Assembly: GCA_964057225.1 (NCBI GenBank)
Contig: OZ059894.1
Span: 23,994,001-24,058,000 of the forward strand
Reading direction: 5' to 3'
DNA: 64,000 nt
Origin: Auanema rhodensis
Taxonomy: Eukaryota; Animalia; Nematoda
Within the stretch, counting starts at the first letter, position 1; each line of letters opens with the position of its first letter. The notes under the pieces are model-generated. The model was not told the origin of the DNA and did not search any database. It saw nothing but the letters and a program-made list of their open reading frames with translations. Below, piece by piece: positions 54,901 through 64,000 of this stretch. The translations under genes were made by a program, and so were the position numbers.

Positions 54901-57900
54901 AAAAACGAATTTTTATTGATATTGGTTCATGGTAACCATGACTTTGAAATTTACGTGAACTTTAATTTATGCTAATTAAATGTACACGTGATGTGCACTT
55001 GGTATGTAACTCGCTTCACGTGAAAGATAAAGAGATGCGGTTTTCAAAATTAGATTCCCCATGTCCATATTAGTCTAAAAACAAATTTTTATTGATATTG
55101 GTGCATGGTAACCATGACTTTGAAATTTACGTGAACTTTAATTTATGCTAATTAAATGTACACGTGATGTGCACTTGGTATGTAACTCGCTTCACGTGAA
55201 AGATAAAGAGATGCGGTTTTCAAAATTAGATTCCCCATGTCCATATTAGTCTAAAAACAAATTTTTATTGATATTGGTTCATGGTAACCATGACTTTGAA
55301 ATTTACGTGAACTTTAATTTATGCTAATTAAATGTACACGTGATGTGCACTTGGTATGTAACTCGCTTCACGTGAAAGATAAAGAGATGCGGTTTTCAAA
55401 ATTAGATTCCCCATGTCCATATTAGTCTAAAAACAAATTTTTATTGATATTGGTGCATGGTAACCATGACTTTGAAATTTACGTGAACTTTAATTTATGC
55501 TAATTAAATGTACACGTGATGTGCACTTGGTATGTAACTCGCTTCACGTGAAAGATAAAGAGATGCGGTTTTCAAAATTAGATTCCCCATGTCCATATTA
55601 GTCTAAAAACAAATTTTTATTGATATTGGTTCATGGTAACTATGACTTTGAAATTCACGTGAACTTCAATTTATGCTAATTAAATGTACACGTGATGTTC
55701 ACTTGGTATGTAACTCGCTTCACGTGAAAGATAAAGAGATGCGGTTTTCAAAATTAGATTCCCCATGTCCATATTAGTCTAAAAACAAATTTTTATTGAT
55801 ATTGGTTCATGGTAACCATGACTTTGAAATTTACGTGAACTTCAATTTATGCTAATTAAATGTACACGTGATGTGCACTTGGTATGTAACTCGCTTCACG
55901 TGAAAGATAAAGAGATGCGGTTTTCAAAATTAGATTCCCCATGTCCATATTAGTCTAAAAACAAATTTTTATTGATATTGGTTCATGGTGACCATGACTT
56001 TGAAATTTACGTGAACTTCAATTTATGCTAATTAAATGTACACGTGATGTGCACTTGGTATGTAACTCGCTTCACGTGAAAGATAAAGAGATGCGGTTTT
56101 CAAAATTAGATTCCCCATGTCCATATTAGTCTAAAAACAAATTTTTATTGATATTGGTGCATGGTAACCATGACTTTGAAATTTACGTGAACTTTAATTT
56201 ATGCTAATTAAATGTACACGTGATGTGCACTTGGTATGTAACTCGCTTCACGTGAAAGATAAAGAGATGCGGTTTTCAAAATTAGATTCCCCATGTCCAT
56301 ATTAGTCTAAAAACAAATTTTTATTGATATTGGTGCATGGTAACCATGACTTTGAAATTTACGTGAACTTTAATTTATGCTAATTAAATGTACACGTGAT
56401 GTGCACTTGGTATGTAACTCGCTTCACGGGAAAGATAAAAAGATGCGGTTTTCAAAATTAAATTTTCCATGTCCATATTAGTCTAAAAACAAATTTTTAT
56501 TGATATTGGTGCATGGTAACCATGACTTTGAAATTTACGTGAACTTTAATTTATGCTAATTAAATGTACACGTGATGTGCACTTGGTATGTAACTCGCTT
56601 CACGTGAAAGATAAAGAGATGCGGTTTTCAAAATTAGATTCCCCATGTCCATATTAGTCTAAAAACAAATTTTTATTGATATTGGTTCATGGTAACCATG
56701 ACTTTGAAATTTACGTGAACTTTAATTTATGCTAATTAAATGTACACGTGATGTGCACTTGGTATGTAACTCGCTTCACGTGAAAGATAAAGAGATGCGG
56801 TTTTCAAAATTAGATTCCCCATGTCCATATTAGTCTAAAAACAAATTTTTATTGATATTGGTGCATGGTAACCATGACTTTGAAATTTACGTGAACTTTA
56901 ATTTATGCTAATTAAATGTACACGTGATGTGCACTTGGTATGTAACTCGCTTCACGTGAAAGATAAAGAGATGCGGTTTTCAAAATTAGATTCCCCATGT
57001 CCATATTAGTCTAAAAACAAATTTTTATTGATATTGGTTCATGGTAACCATGACTTTGAAATTTACGTGAACTTTAATTTATGCTAATTAAATGTACACG
57101 TGATGTGCACTTGGTATGTAACTCGCTTCACGTGAAAGATAAAGAGATGCGGTTTTCAAAATTAGATTCCCCATGTCCATATTAGTCTAAAAACAAATTT
57201 TTATTGATATTGGTGCATGGTAACCATGACTTTGAAATTTACGTGAACTTTAATTTATGCTAATTAAATGTACACGTGATGTGCACTTGGTATTTAACTC
57301 GCTTCACGTGAAAGATAAAGAGATGCGGTTTTCAAAATTAGATTCCCCATGTCCATATTAGTCTAAAAACAAATTTTTATTGATATTGGTGCATGGTAAC
57401 CATGACTTTGAAATTTACGTGAACTTTAATTTATGCTAATTAAATGTACACGTGATGTGCACTTGGTATGTAACTCGCTTCACGTGAAAGATAAAGAGAT
57501 GCGGTTTTCAAAATTAGATTCCCCATGTCCATATTAGTCTAAAAACAAATTTTTATTGATATTGGTTCATGGTAACCATGACTTTGAAATTTACGTGAAC
57601 TTTAATTTATGCTAATTAAATGTACACGTGATGTGCACTTGGTATGTAACTCGCTTCACGGGAAAGATAAAAAGATGCGGTTTTCAAAATTAAATTTTCC
57701 ATGTCCATATTAGTCTAAAAACAAATTTTTATTGATATTGGTGCATGGTAACCATGACTTTGAAATTTACGTGAACTTTAATTTATGCTAATTAAATGTA
57801 CACGTGATGTGCACTTGGTATGTAACTCGCTTCACGTGAAAGATAAAGAGATGCGGTTTTCAAAATTAGATTCCCCATGTCCATATTAGTCTAAAAACAA

Positions 57901-58960
57901 ATTTTTATTGATATTGGTTCATGGTAACCATGACTTTGAAATTTACGTGAACTTTAATTTATGCTAATTAAATGTACACGTGATGTGCACTTGGTATGTA
58001 ACTCGCTTCACGTGAAAGATAAAGAGATGCGGTTTTCAAAATTAGATTCCCCATGTCCATATTAGTCTAAAAACAAATTTTTATTGATATTGGTGCATGG
58101 TAACCATGACTTTGAAATTTACGTGAACTTTAATTTATGCTAATTAAATGTACACGTGATGTGCACTTGGTATTTAACTCGCTTCACGTGAAAGATAAAG
58201 AGATGCGGTTTTCAAAATTAGATTCCCCATGTCCATATTAGTCTAAAAACAAATTTTTATTGATATTGGTGCATGGTAACCATGACTTTGAAATTTACGT
58301 GAACTTTAATTTATGCTAATTAAATGTACACGTGATGTGCACTTGGTATGTAACTCACTTCACGTGAAAGATAAAGAGATGCGGTTTTCAAAATTAGATT
58401 CCCCATGTCCATATTAGTCTAAAAACAAATTTTTATTGATATTGGTGCATGGTAACCATGACTTTGAAATTTACGTGAACTTTAATTTATGCTAATTAAA
58501 TGTACACGTGATGTGCACTTGGTATGTAACTCGCTTCACGTGAAAGATAAAGAGATGCGGTTTTCAAAATTAGATTCCCCATGTCCATATTAGTCTAAAA
58601 ACGAATTTTTATTGATATTGGTTCATGGTAACCATGACTTTGAAATTTACGTGAACTTTAATTTATGCTAATTAAATGTACACGTGATGTGCACTTGGTA
58701 TGTAACTCGCTTCACGTGAAAGATAAAGAGATGCGGTTTTCAAAATTAGATTCCCCATGTCCATATTAGTCTAAAAACAAATTTTTATTGATATTGGTGC
58801 ATGGTAACCATGACTTTGAAATTTACGTGAACTTTAATTTATGCTAATTAAATGTACACGTGATGTGCACTTGGTATGTAACTCGCTTCACGTGAAAGAT
58901 AAAGAGATGCGGTTTTCAAAATTAGATTCCCCATGTCCATATTAGTCTAAAAACAAATTT
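51921..58960. repeat. Duplication with a 21-monomer period (3,696 bp): M296-314 and M317-335
   Basis: 25T+40C+83T monomers start at 51921 and 55617. 109G is at 52733 and 56429, 94T at 53598 and 57294, 101A at 54661 and 58357, and 171G at 54907 and 58603. Confidence 0.88.
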
Positions 58961-61900
58961 TTATTGATATTGGTGCATGGTAACCATGACTTTGAAATTT
59001 ACGTGAACTTTAATTTATGCTAATTAAATGTACACGTGATGTGCACTTGGTATGTAACTCGCTTCACGGGAAAGATAAAGAGATGCGGTTTTCAAAATTA
59101 GATTCCCCATGTCCATATTAGTCTAAAAACAAATTTTTATTGATATTGGTGCATGGTAACCATGACTTTGAAATTTACGTGAACTTTAATTTATGCTAAT
59201 TAAATGTACACGTGATGTGCACTTGGTATGTAACTCGCTTCACGTGAAAGATAAAGAGATGCGGTTTTCAAAATTAGATTCCCCATGTCCATATTAGTCT
59301 AAAAACAAATTTTTATTGATATTGGTTCATGGTAACCATGACTTTGAAATTTACGTGAACTTTAATTTATGCTAATTAAATGTACACGTGATGTGCACTT
59401 GGTATGTAACTCGCTTCACGTGAAAGATAAAGAGATGCGGTTTTCAAAATTAGATTCCCCATGTCCATATTAGTCTAAAAACAAATTTTTATTGATATTG
59501 GTTCATGGTAACCATGACTTTGAAATTTACGTGAACTTTAATTTATGCTAATTAAATGTACACGTGATGTGCACTTGGTATGTAACTCGCTTCACGTGAA
59601 AGATAAAGAGATGCGGTTTTCAAAATTAGATTCCCCATGTCCATATTAGTCTAAAAACAAATTTTTATTGATATTGGTTCATGGTAACCATGACTTTGAA
59701 ATTTACGTGAACTTTAATTTATGCTAATTAAATGTACACGTGATGTGCACTTGGTATGTAACTCGCTTCACGTGAAAGATAAAGAGATGCGGTTTTCAAA
59801 ATTAGATTCCCCATGTCCATATTAGTCTAAAAACAAATTTTTATTGATATTGGTTCATGGTAACCATGACTTTGAAATTTACGTGAACTTTAATTTATGC
59901 TAATTAAATGTACACGTGATGTGCACTTGGTATGTAACTCGCTTCACGTGAAAGATAAAGAGATGCGGTTTTCAAAATTAGATTCCCCATGTCCATATTA
60001 GTCTAAAAACAAATTTTTATTGATATTGGTGCATGGTAACCATGACTTTGAAATTTACGTGAACTTTAATTTATGCTAATTAAATGTACACGTGATGTGC
60101 ACTTGGTATGTAACTCGCTTCACGTGAAAGATAAAGAGATGCGGTTTTCAAAATTAGATTCCCCATGTCCATATTAGTCTAAAAACAAATTTTTATTGAT
60201 ATTGGTGCATGGTAACCATGACTTTGAAATTTACGTGAACTTTAATTTATGCTAATTAAATGTACACGTGATGTGCCCTTGGTATGTAACTCGCTTCACG
60301 TGAAAGATAAAGAGATGCGGTTTTCAAAATTAGATTCCCCATGTCCATATTAGTCTAAAAACAAATTTTTATTGATATTGGTGCATGGTAACCATGACTT
60401 TGAAATTTACGTGAACTTTAATTTATGCTAATTAAATGTACACGTGATGTGCACTTGGTATGTAACTCGCTTCACGTGAAAGATAAAGAGATGCGGTTTT
60501 CGAAATTAGATTCCCCATGTCCATATTAGTCTAAAAACAAATTTTTATTGATATTGGTGCATGGTAACCATGACTTTGAAATTTACGTGAACTTTAATTT
60601 ATGCTAATTAAATGTACACGTGATGTGCACTTGATATGTAACTCGCTTCACGTGAAAGATAAAGAGATGCGGTTTTCAAAATTAGATTCCCCATGTCCAT
60701 ATTAGTCTAAAAACAAATTTTTATTGATATTGGTTCATGGTAACCATGACTTTGAAATTTACGTGAACTTTAATTTATGCTAATTAAATGTACACGTGAT
60801 GTGCACTTGGTATGTAACTCGCTTCACGTGAAAGATAAAGAGATGCGGTTTTCAAAATTAGATTCCCCATGTCCATATTAGTCTAAAAACAAATTTTTAT
60901 TGATATTGGTGCATGGTAACCATGACTTTGAAATTTACGTGAACTTTAATTTATGCTAATTAAATGTACACGTGATGTGCACTTGGTATGTAACTCGCTT
61001 CACGTGAAAGATAAAGAGATGCGGTTTTCAAAATTAGATTCCCCATGTCCATATTAGTCTAAAAACAAATTTGTATTGATATTGGTGCATGGTAACCATG
61101 ACTTTGAAATTTACGTGAACTTTAATTTATGCTAATTAAATGTACACGTGATGTGCACTTGGTATGTAACTCGCTTCACGTGAAAGATAAAGAGATGCGG
61201 TTTTCAAAATTACATTTTCCATGTCCATATTAGTCTAAAAACATATTTTTATTGATATTGGTGCATGGTAACCATGACTTTGAAATTTACGTGAACTTTA
61301 ATTTATGCTAATTAAATGTACACGTGATGTGCACTTGGTATGTAACTCACTTCACGTGAAAGATAAAGAGATGCGGTTTTCAAAATTAGATTCCCCATGT
61401 CCATATTAGTCTAAAAACAAATTTTTATTTATATTGGTTCATGGTAACCATGACTTTGAAATTTACGTGAACTTTAATTTATGCTAATTAAATGTACACG
61501 TGATGTGCACTTGGTATGTAACTCGCTTCACGTGAAAGATAAAGAGATGCGGTTTTCAAAATTAGATTCCCCATGTCCATATTAGTCTAAAAACAAATTT
61601 TTATTGATATTGGTGAATGGTAACCATGACTTTGAAATTTACGTGAACTTTAATTTATGCTAATTAAATGTACACGTGATGTGCATTTGGTATGTAACTC
61701 GCTTCACGTGAAAGATAAAGAGATGCGGTTTTCAAAATTAGATTCCCCATGTCCATATTAGTCTAAAAACAAATTTTTATTGATATTGGTTCATGGTAAC
61801 CATGACTTTGAAATTTACGTGAACTTTAATTTATGCTAATTAAATGTACACGTGATGTGCACTTGGTATGTAACTCGCTTCACGTGAAAGATAAAGAGAT

Positions 61901-64000
61901 GCGGTTTTCAAAATTAGATTCCCCATGTCCATATTAGTCTAAAAACAAATTTTTATTGATATTGGTTCATGGTAACCATGACTTTGAAATTTACGTGAAC
62001 TTTAATTTATGCTAATTAAATGTACACGTGATGTGCACTTGGTATGTAACTCGCTTCACGTGAAAGATAAAGAGATGCGGTTTTCAAAATTAGATTCCCC
62101 ATGTCCATATTAGTCTAAAAACAAATTTTTATTGATATTGGTGCATGGTAACCATGACTTTGAAATTTACGTGAACTTTAATTTATGCTAATTAAATGTA
62201 CACGTGATGTGCACTTGGTATGTAACTCGCTTCACGTGAAAGATAAAGAGATGCGGTTTTCAAAATTAGATTCCCCATGTCCATATTAGTCTAAAAACAA
62301 ATTTTTATTGATATTGGTGCATGGTAACCATGACTTTGAAATTTACGTGAACTTTAATTTATGCTAATTAAATGTACACGTGATGTGCCCTTGGTATGTA
62401 ACTCGCTTCACGTGAAAGATAAAGAGATGCGGTTTTCAAAATTAGATTCCCCATGTCCATATTAGTCTAAAAACAAATTTTTATTGATATTGGTGCATGG
62501 TAACCATGACTTTGAAATTTACGTGAACTTTAATTTATGCTAATTAAATGTACACGTGATGTGCACTTGGTATGTAACTCGCTTCACGTGAAAGATAAAG
62601 AGATGCGGTTTTCAAAATTAGATTCCCCATGTCCATATTAGTCTAAAAACAAATTTTTATTGATATTGGTGCATGGTAACCATGACTTTGAAATTTACGT
62701 GAACTTTAATTTATGCTAATTAAATGTACACGTGATGTGCACTTGGTATGTAACTCGCTTCACGGGAAAGATAAAAAGATGCGGTTTTCAAAATTAAATT
62801 TTCCATGTCCATATTAGTCTAAAAACAAATTTTTATTGATATTGGTGCATGGTAACCATGACTTTGAAATTTACGTGAACTTTAATTTATGCTAATTAAA
62901 TGTACACGTGATGTGCACTTGGTATGTAACTCGCTTCACGTGAAAGATAAAGAGATGCGGTTTTCAAAATTAGATTCCCCATGTCCATATTAGTCTAAAA
63001 ACAAATTTGTATTGATATTGGTGCATGGTAACCATGACTTTGAAATTTACGTGAACTTTAATTTATGCTAATTAAATGTACACGTGATGTGCACTTGGTA
63101 TGTAACTCGCTTCACGTGAAAGATAAAGAGATGCGGTTTTCAAAATTAGATTCCCCATGTCCATATTAGTCTAAAAACAAATTTTTATTGATATTGGTGC
63201 ATGGTAACCATGACTTTGAAATTTACGTGAACTTTAATTTATGCTAATTAAATGTACACGTGATGTGCACTTGGTATGTAACTCGCTTCACGTGAAAGAT
63301 AAAGAGATGCGGTTTTCAAAATTAGATTCCCCATGTCCATATTAGTCTAAAAACAAATTTTTATTGATATTGGTGCATGGTAACCATGACTTTGAAATTT
63401 ACGTGAACTTTAATTTATGCTAATTAAATGTACACGTGATGTGCACTTGGTATGTAACTCGCTTCACGTGAAAGATAAAGAGATGCGGTTTTCAAAATTA
63501 GATTCCCCATGTCCATATTAGTCTAAAAACAAATTTTTATTGATATTGGTTCATGGTAACCATGACTTTGAAATTTACGTGAACTTTAATTTATGCTAAT
63601 TAAATGTACACGTGATGTGCACTTGGTATGTAACTCGCTTCACGTGAAAGATAAAAAGATGCGGTTTTCAAAATTAGATTCCCCATGTCCATATTAGTCT
63701 AAAAACAAATTTTTATTGATATTGGTTCATGGTAACCATGACTTTGAAATTTACGTGAACTTCAATTTATGCTAATTAAATGTACACGTGATGTGCACTT
63801 GGTATGTAACTCGCTTCACGTGAAAGATAAAAAGATGCGGTTTTCAAAATTAGATTCCCCATGTCCATATTAGTCTAAAAACAAATTTTTATTGATATTG
63901 GTTCATGGTAACCATGACTTTGAAATTTACGTGAACTTCAATTTATGCTAATTAAATGTACACGTGATGTGCACTTGGTATGTAACTCGCTTAACGTGAA

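Larger units (their letters stand above)
1..64000. repeat. Tandem satellite DNA array with a 176-bp monomer, about 363.6 copies, single orientation; candidate centromeric or pericentromeric satellite
   Basis: TTATTGATATTGGT recurs at 1, 177, 353 and onward. The register is still exact at 2641, 5281 ... 63361 (360x176+1). Copies differ from consensus by about 0-5 substitutions. GC is 57/176 for the G15/T51 form. The repeat is certain; the centromeric role is inferred only from length and homogeneity. Confidence 0.99.

Noticed and set aside
1-64000. Protein-coding ORF running through the repeats
   Set aside because: Each monomer has stops in all three + frames (TGA p5, TAA p21, TAA p61) and all three - frames (TTA at p1, p39, p158), so no ORF can exceed about one monomer.
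1-64000. CRISPR array, given the regularly spaced palindromic repeats
   Set aside because: There are no unique spacers. The entire 176 bp is repeated and no cas genes are present.
1-64000. Fixed 5-mer (880 bp) or 15-mer (2,640 bp) periodicity suggested by the text layout
   Set aside because: This is an artefact of 10- and 60-base formatting (common multiples with 176). Only 17425-22704 shows a real 15-monomer repeat by SNP markers.
1-64000. G/T15 and T/C51 pattern as a strict dimeric HOR or an encoded message
   Set aside because: The alternation is only local and is broken often. Nested block duplications explain the pattern adequately.

Overview
The whole 64,000-bp window is one uninterrupted head-to-tail satellite DNA array. 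It holds 363 full copies of a 176-bp monomer (about 32% GC) plus a 112-bp partial copy, and it runs off both window ends. With monomer n starting at 176(n-1)+1, the consensus is TTATTGATATTGGT[G/T]CATGGTAACCATGACTTTGAAATTTACGTGAACTT[T/C]AATTTATGCTAATTAAATGTACACGTGATGTGCACTTGGTATGTAACTCGCTTCACGTGAAAGATAAAGAGATGCGGTTTTCAAAATTAGATTCCCCATGTCCATATTAGTCTAAAAACAAATTT. Copies differ only by a few substitutions. I saw no indels, inversions or insertions. There are no genes: every monomer has stop codons in all six frames. Monomer length and homogeneity fit a eukaryotic centromeric or pericentromeric satellite, but I do not recognise the family or organism. Two kinds of hidden structure stand out. First, the monomer is packed with dyad symmetries and three ACGTGA motifs 32-33 bp apart, and its commonest linked variants (T15, C51, and C40) each improve a palindrome. 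Second, rare SNPs reveal nested block duplications of 3, 4, 12, 13, 15, 16, 21 and 41 monomers, recombinant monomers that localise crossovers, and a switch between two variant domains at about 46 kb. All variant calls were read by eye and need confirming by alignment. Mn means monomer number and pN means position within the monomer.
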